From Auanema rhodensis (lineage: Eukaryota > Animalia > Nematoda), in contig OZ059898.1 in the NCBI GenBank assembly GCA_964057225.1, forward strand, positions 21,142,001 through 21,206,000: a DNA stretch of 64,000 nt, given 5' to 3'. Position numbers and translations under genes: made by a program. A model generated the notes under the pieces. It was not told where the DNA came from. It saw only the letters and a program-made list of their open reading frames with translations, and did no database searches. This document shows, piece by piece, positions 38,001 to 51,528 of the stretch. Every line of letters starts with the position of its first letter. Within the stretch, counting starts at the first letter, position 1.

Positions 38001-41000
38001 GTAACTCGCTTCACGTGAAAGATAAAAAGATGCGGTTTTCAAAATTAGATTCCCCATGTCCATATTAGTCTAAAAACAAATTTTTATTGATATTGGTTCA
38101 TGGTAACCATGACTTTGAAATTTACGTGAACTTTAATTAATGCTAATTAAATGTACACGTGATGTGCACTTGGTATGTAACTCGCTTCACGTGAAAGATA
38201 AAGAGATGCGGTTTTCAAAATTAGATTCCCCATGTCCATATTAGTCTAAAAACAAATTTTTATTGATATTGCTTCATGGTAACCATGACTTTGAAATTTA
38301 CGTGAACTTTAATTTATGCTAATTAAATGTACACGTGATGTGCACTTGGTATGTAACTCGCTTCACGTGAAAGATAAAGAGATGCGGTTTTCAAAATTAG
38401 ATTCCCCATGTCCATATTAGTCTAAAAACAAATTTTTATTGATATTGGTTCATGGTAACCATGACTTTGAAATTTACGTGAACTTTAATTTATGCTAATT
38501 AAATGTACACGTGATGAGCACTTGGTATGTAACTCGCTTCACGTGAAAGATAAAGAGATGCGGTTTTCAAAATTAGATTCCCCATGTCCATATTAGTCTA
38601 AAAACAAATTTTTATTGATATTGGTTCATGGTAACCATGACTTTGAAATTTACGTGAACTTTAATTAATGCTAATTAAATGTACACGTGATGTGCACTTG
38701 GTATGTAACTCGCTTCACGTGAAAGATAAAGAGATGCGGTTTTCAAAATTAGATTCCCCATGTCCATATTAGTCTAAAAACAAATTTTTATTGATATTGG
38801 TTCATGGTAACCATGACTTTGAAATTTACGTGAACTTTAATTTATGCTAATTAAATGTACACGTGATGTGCACTTGGTATGTAACTCGCTTCACGTGAAA
38901 GATAAAGAGATGCGGTTTTCAAAATTAGATTCCCCATGTCCATATTAGTCTAAAAACAAATTTTTATTGATATTGGTTCATGGTAACCATGACTTTGAAA
39001 TTTACGTGAACTTTAATTTATGCTAATTAAATGTACACGTGATGTGCACTTGGTATGTAACTCGCTTCACGTGAAAGATAAAGAGATGCGGTTTTCAAAA
39101 TTAGATTCCCCATGTCCATATTAGTCTAAAAGAAATTTTTATTGATATTGCTTCATGGTAACCATGACTTTGAAATTTACGTGAACTTTAATTTATGCTA
39201 ATTAAATGTACACGTGATGTGCACTTGGTATGTAACTCGCTTCACGTGAAAGATAAAGAGATGCGGTTTTCAAAATTAGATTCCCCATGTCCATATTAGT
39301 CTAAAAACAAATTTTTATTGATATTGGTTCATGGTAACCATGACTTTGAAATTTACGTGAACTTTAATTTATGCTAATTAAATGTACACGTGATGTGCAC
39401 TTGGTATGTAACTCGCTTCACGTGAAAGATAAAGAGATGCGGTTTTCAAAACTAGATTCCTCATGTCCATATTAGTCTAAAAACAAATTTTTATTGATAT
39501 TGGTTCATGGTAACCATGACTTTGAAATTTACGTGAACTTTAATTTATGCTAATTAAATGTACACGTGATGTGCACTTGGTATGTAACTCGCTTCACGTG
39601 AAAGATAAAGAGATGCGGTTTCCAAAATTAGATTCCTCATGTCCATATTAGTCTAAAAACAAATTTTTATTGATATTGGTTCATGGTAACCATGACTTTG
39701 AAATTTACGTGAACTTTAATTTATGCTAATTAAATGTACACGTGATGTGCACTTGGTATGTAACTCGCTTCACGTGGAAGATAAAGAGATGCGGTTTTCA
39801 AAATTAGATTCCCCATGTCCATATTAGTCTAAAAACAAATTTTTATTGATATTGGTGCATGGTAACCATGACTTTGAAATTTACGTGAACTTTAATTTAT
39901 GCTAATTAAATGTACACGTGATGTGCACTTGGTATGTAACTCGCTTCACGTGAAAGATAAAGAGATGCGGTTTTCAAAATTAGATTCCCCATGTCCATAT
40001 TAGTCTAAAAACAAATTTTTATTGATATTGCTTCATGGTAACCATGACTTTGAAATTTACGTGAACTTTAATTTATGCTAATTAAATGTACACGTGATGT
40101 GCACTTGGTATGTAACTCGCTTCACGTGAAAGATAAAGAGATGCGGTTTTCAAAATTAGATTTCCCATGTCCATATTAGTCTAAAAACAAATTTTTATTG
40201 ATATTGGTTCATGGTAACCATGACTTTGAAATTTACGTGAACTTTAATTTATGCTAATTAAATGTACACGTGATGTGCACTTGGTATGTAACTCGCTTCA
40301 CGTGAAAGATAAAGAGATGCGGTTTTCAAAATTAGATTCCCCATGTCCATATTAGTCTAAAAGAAATTTTTATTGATATTGCTTCATGGTAACCATGACT
40401 TTGAAATTTACGTGAACTTTAATTTATGCTAATTAAATGTACACGTGATGTGCACTTGGTATGTAACTCGCTTCACGTGAAAGATAAAAAGATGCGGTTT
40501 TCAAAATTAGATTCCCCATGTCCATATTAGTCTAAAAGAAATTTTTATTGATATTGCTTCATGGTAACCATGACTTTGAAATTTACGTGAACTTTAATTT
40601 ATGCTAATTAAATGTACACGTGATGTGCACTTGGTATGTAACTCGCTTCACGTGAAAGATAAAAAGATGCGGTTTTCAAAATTAGATTCCCCATGTCCAT
40701 ATTAGTCTAAAAACAAATTTTTATTGATATTGGTTCATGGTAACCATGACTTTGAAATTTACGTGAACTTTAATTTATGCTAATTAAATGTACACGTGAT
40801 GTGCACTTGGTATGTAACTCGCTTCACGTGAAAGATAAAGAGATGCGGTTTTCAAAATTAGATTCCCCATGTCCATATTAGTCTAAAAGAAATTTTTATT
40901 GATATTGCTTCATGGTAACCATGACTTTGAAATTTACGTGAACTTTAATTTATGCTAATTAAATGTACACGTGATGTGCACTTGGTATGTAACTCGCTTC

Positions 41001-43623
41001 ACGTGAAAGATAAAGAGATGCGGTTTTCAAAATTAGATTCCCCATGTCCATATTAGTCTAAAAACAAATTTTTATTGATATTGGTTCATGGTAACCATGA
41101 CTTTGAAATTTACGTGAACTTTAATTTATGCTAATTAAATGTACACGTGATGTGCACTTGGTATGTAACTCGCTTCACGTGAAAGATAAAGAGATGCGGT
41201 TTTCAAAATTAGATTCCCCATGTCCATATTAGTCTAAAAACAAATTTTTATTGATATTGGTTCATGGTAACCATGACTTTGAAATTTACGTGAACTTTAA
41301 TTTATGCTAATTAAATGTACACGTGATGTGCACTTGGTATGTAACTCGCTTCACGTGAAAGATAAAGAGATGCGGTTTTCAAAATTAGATCCCCCATGTC
41401 CATATTAGTCTAAAAACAAATTTTTATTGATATTGGTGCATGGTAACCATGACTTTGAAATTTACGTGAACTTTAATTTATGCTAATTAAATGTACACGT
41501 GATGTGCACTTGGTATGTAACTCGCTTCACGTGAAAGATAAAGAGATGCGGTTTTCAAAATTAGATTCCCCATGTCCATATTAGTCTAAAAGAAATTTTT
41601 ATTGATATTGCTTCATGGTAACCATGACTTTGAAATTTACGTGAACTTTAATTTATGCTAATTAAATGTACACGTGATGTGCACTTGGTATGTAACTCGC
41701 TTCACGTGAAAGATAAAAAGATGCGGTTTTCAAAATTAGATTCCCCATGTCCATATTAGTCTAAAAACAAATTTTTATTGATATTGGTTCATGGTAACCA
41801 TGACTTTGAAATTTACGTGAACTTTAATTTATGCTAATTAAATGTACACGTGATGTGCACTTGGTATGTAACTCGCTTCACGTGAAAGATAAAGAGATGC
41901 GGTTTTCAAAATTAGATTCCCCATGTCCATATTAGTCTAAAAGAAATTTTTATTGATATTGCTTCATGGTAACCATGACTTTGAAATTTACGTGAACTTT
42001 AATTTATGCTAATTAAATGTACACGTGATGTGCACTTGGTATGTAACTCGCTTCACGTGAAAGATAAAGAGATGCGGTTTTCAAAATTAGATTCCCCATG
42101 TCCATATTAGTCTAAAAACAAATTTTTATTGATATTGGTTCATGGTAACCATGACTTTGAAATTTACGTGAACTTTAATTTATGCTAATTAAATGTACAC
42201 GTGATGTGCACTTGGTATGTAACTCGCTTCACGTGAAAGATAAAGAGATGCGGTTTTCAAAATTAGATTCCCCATGTCCATATTAGTCTAAAAACAAATT
42301 TTTATTGATATTGGTTCATGGTAACCATGACTTTGAAATTTACGTGAACTTTAATTTATGCTAATTAAATGTACACGTGATGTGCACTTGGTATGTAACT
42401 CGCTTCACGTGAAAGATAAAGAGATGCGGTTTTCAAAATTAGATTCCCCATGTCCATATTAGTCTAAAAACAAATTTTTATTGATATTGGTTCATGGTAA
42501 CCATGACTTTGAAATTTACGTGAACTTTAATTTATGCTAATTAAATGTACACGTGATGTGCACTTGGTATGTAACTCGCTTCACGTGAAAGATAAAGAGA
42601 TGCGGTTTTCAAAATTAGATCCCCCATGTCCATATTAGTCTAAAAACAAATTTTTATTGATATTGGTGCATGGTAACCATGACTTTGAAATTTACGTGAA
42701 CTTTAATTTATGCTAATTAAATGTACACGTGATGTGCACTTGGTATGTAACTCGCTTCACATGAAAGATAAAGAGATGCGGTTTTCAAAATTAGATTCCC
42801 CATGTCCATATTAGTCTAAAAGAAATTTTTATTGATATTGCTTCATGGTAACCATGACTTTGAAATTTACGTGAACTTTAATTTATGCTAATTAAATGTA
42901 CACGTGATGTGCACTTGGTATGTAACTCGCTTCACGTGAAAGATAAAAAGATACGGTTTTCAAAATTAGATTCCCCATGTCCATATTAGTCTAAAAACAA
43001 ATTTTTATTGATATTGGTTCATGGTAACCATGACTTTGAAATTTACGTGAACTTTAATTTATGCTAATTAAATGTACACGTGATGTGCACTTGTTATGTA
43101 ACTCGCTTCACGTGAAAGATAAAGAGATGCGGTTTTCAAAATTAGATTCCCCATGTCCATATTAGTCTAAAAGAAATTTTTATTGATATTGCTTCATGGT
43201 AACCATGACTTTGAAATTTACGTGAACTTTAATTTATGCTAATTAAATGTACACGTGATGTGCACTTGGTATGTAACTCGCTTCACGTGAAAGATAAAGA
43301 GATGCGGTTTTCAAAATTAGATTCCCCATGTCCATATTAGTCTAAAAACAAATTTTTATTGATATTGGTTCATGGTAACCATGACTTTGAAATTTACGTG
43401 AACTTTAATTTATGCTAATTAAATGTACACGTGATGTGCACTTGGTATGTAACTCGCTTCACGTGAAAGATAAAGAGATGCGGTTTTCAAAATTAGATTC
43501 CCCATGTCCATATTAGTCTAAAAACAAATTTTTATTGATATTGGTTCATGGTAACCATGACTTTGAAATTTACGTGAACTTTAATTTATGCTAATTAAAT
43601 GTACACGTGATGTGCACTTGGTA

Positions 43624-46435
43624 TGTAACTCGCTTCACGTGAAAGATAAAGAGATGCGGTTTTCAAAATTAGATCCCCCATGTCCATATTAGTCTAAAAA
43701 CAAATTTTTATTGATATTGGTGCATGGTAACCATGACTTTGAAATTTACGTGAACTTTAATTTATGCTAATTAAATGTACACGTGATGTGCACTTGGTAT
43801 GTAACTCGCTTCACGTGAAAGATAAAGAGGTGCGGTTTTCAAAATTAGATTCCCCATGTCCATATTAGTCTAAAAACAAATTTTTATTGATATTGCTTCA
43901 TGGTAACCATGACTTTGAAATTTACGTGAACTTTAATTTATGCTAATTAAATGTACACGTGATGTACACTTGGTATGTAACTCGCTTCACGTGAAAGATA
44001 AAGAGATGCGGTTTTCAAAATTAGATTTCCCATGTCCATATTAGTCTAAAACAAATTTTTATTGATATTGGTTCATGGTAACCATGACTTTGAAATTTAC
44101 GTGAACTTTAATTTATGCTAATTAAATGTACACGTGATGTGCACTTGGTATGTAACTCGCTTCACGTGAAAGATAAAGAGATGCGGTTTTCAAAATTAGA
44201 TTCCCCATGTCCATATTAGTCTAAAAGAAATTTTTATTGATATTGCTTCATGGTAACCATGACTTTGAAATTTACGTGAACTTTAATTTATGCTAATTAA
44301 ATGTACACGTGATGTGCACTTGGTATGTAACTCGCTTCACGTGAAAGATAAAAAGATGCGGTTTTCAAAATTAGATTCCCCATGTCCATATTAGTCTAAA
44401 AACAAATTTTTATTGATATTGCTTCATGGTAACCATGACTTTGAAATTTACGTGAACTTTAATTTATGCTAATTAAATGTACACCTGATGTGCACTTGGT
44501 ATGTAACTCGCTTCACGTGAAAGATAAAAAGATGCGGTTTTCAAAATTAGATTCTCCATGTCCATATTAGTCTAAAAACAAATTTTTATTGATATGGGTG
44601 CATGGTAACCATGACTTTGAAATTTACTTGAACTTTAATTTATGCTAATTAAATGTACACGTGATGTGCACTTGGTATGTAACTCGCTTCACGTGAAAGA
44701 TAAAGAGATGCGGTTTTCAAAATTAGATCCCCCATGTCCATATTAGTCTAAAAACAAATTTTTATTGATATTGGTTCATGGTAACCATGACTTTGAAATT
44801 TACGTGAACTTTAATTTATGCTAATTAAATGTACACGTGATGTGCACTTGGTATGTAACTCGCTTCACGTGAAAGATAAAGAGATGCGGTTTTCAAAATT
44901 AGATTCCCCATGTCCATATTAGTCTAAAAACAAATTTTTATTGATATTGGTTCATGGTAACCATGACTTTGAAATTTACGTGAACTTTAATTTATGCTAA
45001 TTAAATGTACACGTGATGAGCACTTGGTATGTAACTCGCTTCACGTGAAAGATAAAGAGATGCGGTTTTCAAAATTAGATTCCCCATGTCCATATTAGTC
45101 TAAAAACAAATTTTTATTGATATTGGTTCATGGTAACCATGACTTTGAAATTTACGTGAACTTTAATTTATGCTAATTAAATGTACACGTGATGTGCACT
45201 TGGTATGTAACTCGCTTCACGTGAAAGATAAAGAGATGCGGTTTTCAAAATTAGATCCCCCATGTCCATATTAGTCTAAAAACAAATTTTTATTGATATT
45301 GGTGCATGGTAACCATGACTTTGAAATTTACGTGAACTTTAATTTATGCTAATTAAATGTACACGTGATGTGCACTTGGTATGTAACTCGCTTCACGTGA
45401 AAGATAAAGAGGTGCGGTTTTCAAAATTAGATTCCCCATGTCCATATTAGTCTAAAAACAAATTTTTATTGATATTGCTTCATGGTAACCATGACTTTGA
45501 AATTTACGTGAACTTTAATTTATGCTAATTAAATGTACACGTGATGTACACTTGGTATGTAACTCGCTTCACGTGAAAGATAAAGAGATGCGGTTTTCAA
45601 AATTAGATTTCCCATGTCCATATTAGTCTAAAACAAATTTTTATTGATATTGGTTCATGGTAACCATGACTTTGAAATTTACGTGAACTTTAATTTATGC
45701 TAATTAAATGTACACGTGATGTGCACTTGGTATGTAACTCGCTTCACGTGAAAGATAAAGAGATGCGGTTTTCAAAATTAGATTCCCCATGTCCATATTA
45801 GTCTAAAAGAAATTTTTATTGATATTGCTTCATGGTAACCATGACTTTGAAATTTACGTGAACTTTAATTTATGCTAATTAAATGTACACGTGATGTGCA
45901 CTTGGTATGTAACTCGCTTCACGTGAAAGATAAAAAGATGCGGTTTTCAAAATTAGATTCCCCATGTCCATATTAGTCTAAAAACAAATTTTTATTGATA
46001 TTGCTTCATGGTAACCATGACTTTGAAATTTACGTGAACTTTAATTTATGCTAATTAAATGTACACCTGATGTGCACTTGGTATGTAACTCGCTTCACGT
46101 GAAAGATAAAAAGATGCGGTTTTCAAAATTAGATTCTCCATGTCCATATTAGTCTAAAAACAAATTTTTATTGATATGGGTGCATGGTAACCATGACTTT
46201 GAAATTTACTTGAACTTTAATTTATGCTAATTAAATGTACACGTGATGTGCACTTGGTATGTAACTCGCTTCACGTGAAAGATAAAGAGATGCGGTTTTC
46301 AAAATTAGATCCCCCATGTCCATATTAGTCTAAAAACAAATTTTTATTGATATTGGTTCATGGTAACCATGACTTTGAAATTTACGTGAACTTTAATTTA
46401 TGCTAATTAAATGTACACGTGATGTGCACTTGGTA
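43624..46435. repeat. Duplication with 9-monomer (1582-bp) period; seven monomers are shared
   Basis: A31G 43830/45412, G167A 43966/45548, G160C 44485/46067, and the G28A+C54T+T95G+G127T monomer at 44502/46084. Confidence 0.92.
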
Positions 46436-47314
46436 TGTAACTCGCTTCACGTGAAAGATAAAGAGATGCGGTTTTCAAAATTAGATTCCCCATGTCCATA
46501 TTAGTCTAAAAACAAATTTTTATTGATATTGCTTCATGGTAACCATGACTTTGAAATTTACGTGAACTTTAATTTATGCTAATTAAATGTACACGTGATG
46601 TGCACTTGGTATGTAACTCGCTTCACGTGAAAGATAAAGAGATGCGGTTTTCAAAATTAGATTTCCCATGTCCATATTAGTCTAAAAACAAATTTTTATT
46701 GATATTGGTTCATGGTAACCATGACTTTGAAATTTACGTGAACTTTAATTTATGCTAATTAAATGTACACGTGATGTGCACTTGGTATGTAACTCGCTTC
46801 ACGTGAAAGATAAAGAGATGCGGTTTTCAAAATTAGATTCCCCATGTCCATATTAGTCTAAAAGAAATTTTTATTGATATTGCTTCATGGTAACCATGAC
46901 TTTGAAATTTACGTGAACTTTAATTTATGCTAATTAAATGTACACGTGATGTGCACTTGGTATGTAACTCGCTTCACGTGAAAGATAAAGAGATGCGGTT
47001 TTCAAAATTAGATTCCCCATGTCCATATTAGTCTAAAAACAAATTTTTATTGATATTGCTTCATGGTAACCATGACTTTGAAATTTACGTGAACTTTAAT
47101 TTATGCTAATTAAATGTACACGTGATGTGCACTTGGTATGTAACTCGCTTCACGTGAAAGATAAAGAGATGCGGTTTTCAAAATTAGATTTCCCATGTCC
47201 ATATTAGTCTAAAAACAAATTTTTATTGATATTGGTTCATGGTAACCATGACTTTGAAATTTACGTGAACTTTAATTTATGCTAATTAAATGTACACGTG
47301 ATGTGCACTTGGTA

Positions 47315-49424
47315 TGTAACTCGCTTCACGTGAAAGATAAAGAGATGCGGTTTTCAAAATTAGATTCCCCATGTCCATATTAGTCTAAAAGAAATTTTTA
47401 TTGATATTTCTTCATGGTAACCATGACTTTGAAATTTACGTGAACTTTAATTTATGCTAATTAAATGTACACGTGATGTGCACTTGGTATGTAACTCGCT
47501 TCACGTGAAAGATAAAGAGATGCGGTTTTCAAAATTAGATTCCCCATGTCCTTATTAGTCTAAAAACAAATTTTTATTGATATTGGTGCATGGTAACCAT
47601 GACTTTGAAATTTACGTGAACTTTAATTTATGCTAATTAAATGTACACGTTATGTGCACTTGGTATGTAACTCGCTTCACGTGAAAGATAAAAAGATGCG
47701 GTTTTCAAAATTAGATTCCCCATGTCCATATTAGTCTAAAAACAAATTTTTATTGATATTGCTTCATGGTAACCATGACTTTGAAATTTACGTGAACTTT
47801 AATTTATGCTAATTAAATGTACACGTGATGTGCACTTGGTATGTAACTCGCTTCACGTGAAAGATAAAAAGATGCGGTTTTCAAAATTAGATTCCCCATG
47901 TCCATATTAGTCTAAAAACAAATTTTTATTGATATTGCTTCATGGTAACCATGACTTTGAAATTTACGTGAACTTTAATTTATGCTAATTAAATGTACAC
48001 GTGATGTGCACTTGGTATGTAACTCGCTTCACGTGAAAGATAAAGAGATGCGGTTTTCAAAATTAGATTCCCCATGTCCTTATTAGTCTAAAAACAAATT
48101 TTTATTGATATTGGTGCATGGTAACCATGACTTTGAAATTTACGTGAACTTTAATTTATGCTAATTAAATGTACACGTTATGTGCACTTGGTATGTAACT
48201 CGCTTCACGTGAAAGATAAAAAGATGCGGTTTTCAAAATTAGATTCCCCATGTCCATATTAGTCTAAAAACAAATTTTTATTGATATTGCTTCATGGTAA
48301 CCATGACTTTGAAATTTACGTGAACTTTAATTTATGCTAATTAAATGTACACGTGATGTGCACTTGGTATGTAACTCGCTTCACGTGAAAGATAAAGAGA
48401 TGCGGTTTTCAAAATTAGATTCCCCATGTCCATATTAGTCTAAAAGAAATTTTTATTGATATTTCTTCATGGTAACCATGACTTTGAAATTTACGTGAAC
48501 TTTAATTTATGCTAATTAAATGTACACGTGATGTGCACTTGGTATGTAACTCGCTTCACGTGAAAGATAAAGAGATGCGGTTTTCAAAATTAGATTCCCC
48601 ATGTCCTTATTAGTCTAAAAACAAATTTTTATTGATATTGGTGCATGGTAACCATGACTTTGAAATTTACGTGAACTTTAATTTATGCTAATTAAATGTA
48701 CACGTTATGTGCACTTGGTATGTAACTCGCTTCACGTGAAAGATAAAAAGATGCGGTTTTCAAAATTAGATTCCCCATGTCCATATTAGTCTAAAAACAA
48801 ATTTTTATTGATATTGCTTCATGGTAACCATGACTTTGAAATTTACGTGAACTTTAATTTATGCTAATTAAATGTACACGTGATGTGCACTTGGTATGTA
48901 ACTCGCTTCACGTGAAAGATAAAAAGATGCGGTTTTCAAAATTAGATTCCCCATGTCCATATTAGTCTAAAAACAAATTTTTATTGATATTGCTTCATGG
49001 TAACCATGACTTTGAAATTTACGTGAACTTTAATTTATGCTAATTAAATGTACACGTGATGTGCACTTGGTATGTAACTCGCTTCACGTGAAAGATAAAG
49101 AGATGCGGTTTTCAAAATTAGATTCCCCATGTCCTTATTAGTCTAAAAACAAATTTTTATTGATATTGGTGCATGGTAACCATGACTTTGAAATTTACGT
49201 GAACTTTAATTTATGCTAATTAAATGTACACGTTATGTGCACTTGGTATGTAACTCGCTTCACGTGAAAGATAAAAAGATGCGGTTTTCAAAATTAGATT
49301 CCCCATGTCCATATTAGTCTAAAAACAAATTTTTATTGATATTGCTTCATGGTAACCATGACTTTGAAATTTACGTGAACTTTAATTTATGCTAATTAAA
49401 TGTACACGTGATGTGCACTTGGTA
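47315..49424. repeat. 6-monomer (1055-bp) tandem duplication built from 3-monomer units
   Basis: G96T at 47409/48464; G162T at 47651, 48179, 48706 and 49234 (527-528 bp spacing). Confidence 0.9.
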
Positions 49425-49768
49425 TGTAACTCGCTTCACGTGAAAGATAAAAAGATGCGGTTTTCAAAATTAGATTCCCCATGTCCATATTAGTCTAAAA
49501 ACAAATTTTTATTGATATTGCTTCATGGTAACCATGACTTTGAAATTTACGTGAACTTTAATTTATGCTAATTAAATGTACACGTGATGTGCACTTGGTA
49601 TGTAACTCGCTTCACGTGAGAGATAAAGAGATGCGGTTTTCGAAATTAGATTCCCCCTGTCCATATTAGTCTAAAAACAAATTTTTATTGATATTGGTTT
49701 ATGGTAACCATGACTTTGAAATTTACGTGAACTTTAATTTATGCTAATTAAATGTACACGTGATGTGC

Positions 49769-51528
49769 TCTTGGTATGTAACTCGCTTCACGTGAAAGAT
49801 AAAGAGATGCAGTTTTCAAAATTAGATTCCCCATGTTCATATTAGTCTAAAAACAAATTTTTATTGATATTGGTGCATGGTAACCATGACTTTGAAATTT
49901 ACGTGAACTTTAATTTATGCTAATTAAATGTACACGTGATGTGCACTTGGTATGTAACTCGCTTCACGTGAAAGATAAAGAGATGCGGTTTTCAAAATTA
50001 GATTCCCCATGTCCATATTAGTCTAAAAACAAATTTTTATTGATATTGGTTCATGGTAACCATGACTTTGAAATTTACGTGAACTTTAATTTATGCTAAT
50101 TAAATGTACACGTGATGTGCACTTGGTATGTAACTCGCTTCACGTGAAAGATAAAGAGATGCGGTTTTCAAAATTAGATTCCCCATGTCCATATTAGTCT
50201 AAAAACAAATTTTTATTGATATTGGTTCATGGTAACCATGACTTTGAAATTTACGTGAACTTTAATTTATGCTAATTAAATGTACACGTGATGTGCACTT
50301 GGTATGTAACTCGCTTCACGTGAAAGATAAAGAGATGCGGTTTTCAAAATTAGATTCCCCATGTCCATATTAGTCTAAAAACAAATTTTTATTGATATTG
50401 GTGCATGGTAACCATGACTTTGAAATTTACGTGAACTTTAATTTATGCTAATTAAATGTACACGTGATGTGCACTTGGTATGTAACTCGCTTCACGTGAA
50501 AGATAAAGAGATGCGGTTTTCAAAATTAGATTCCCCATGTCCATATTAGTCTAAAAACAAATTTTTATTGATATTGGTTCATGGTAACCATGACTTTGAA
50601 ATTTACGTGAACTTTAATTTATGCTAATTAAATGTACACGTGATGTGCTCTTGGTATGTAACTCGCTTCACGTGAAAGATAAAGAGATGCAGTTTTCAAA
50701 ATTAGATTCCCCATGTTCATATTAGTCTAAAAACAAATTTTTATTGATATTGGTGCATGGTAACCATGACTTTGAAATTTACGTGAACTTTAATTTATGC
50801 TAATTAAATGTACACGTGATGTGCACTTGGTATGTAACTCGCTTCACGTGAAAGATAAAGAGATGCGGTTTTCAAAATTAGATTCCCCATGTCCATATTA
50901 GTCTAAAAACAAATTTTTATTGATATTGGTTCATGGTAACCATGACTTTGAAATTTACGTGAACTTTAATTTATGCTAATTAAATGTACACGTGATGTGC
51001 ACTTGGTATGTAACTCGCTTCACGTGAAAGATAAAGAGATGCGGTTTTCAAAATTAGATTCCCCATGTCCATATTAGTCTAAAAACAAATTTTTATTGAT
51101 ATTGGTTCATGGTAACCATGACTTTGAAATTTACGTGAACTTTAATTTATGCTAATTAAATGTACACGTGATGTGCACTTGGTATGTAACTCGCTTCACG
51201 TGAAAGATAAAGAGATGCGGTTTTCAAAATTAGATTCCCCATGTCCATATTAGTCTAAAAACAAATTTTTATTGATATTGGTGCATGGTAACCATGACTT
51301 TGAAATTTACGTGAACTTTAATTTATGCTAATTAAATGTACACGTGATGTGCACTTGGTATGTAACTCGCTTCACGTGAAAGATAAAGAGATGCGGTTTT
51401 CAAAATTAGATTCCCCATGTCCATATTAGTCTAAAAACAAATTTTTATTGATATTGGTTCATGGTAACCATGACTTTGAAATTTACGTGAACTTTAATTT
51501 ATGCTAATTAAATGTACACGTGATGTGC
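49769..51528. repeat. 5-monomer (880-bp) tandem duplication
   Basis: A169T 49769/50649, G35A 49811/50691, C61T 49837/50717. Confidence 0.88.

Larger units (their letters stand above)
18480..48544. repeat. Zone containing the 175-bp subfamily (TAAAAGAAA replacing TAAAAACAAA, linked to C at position 97), 27 interspersed copies
   Basis: First copy at ~18556, last at ~48446; clustered at 18.5-22.1, 25.9-29.8 and 39.1-48.5 kb; not seen elsewhere. Confidence 0.9.
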
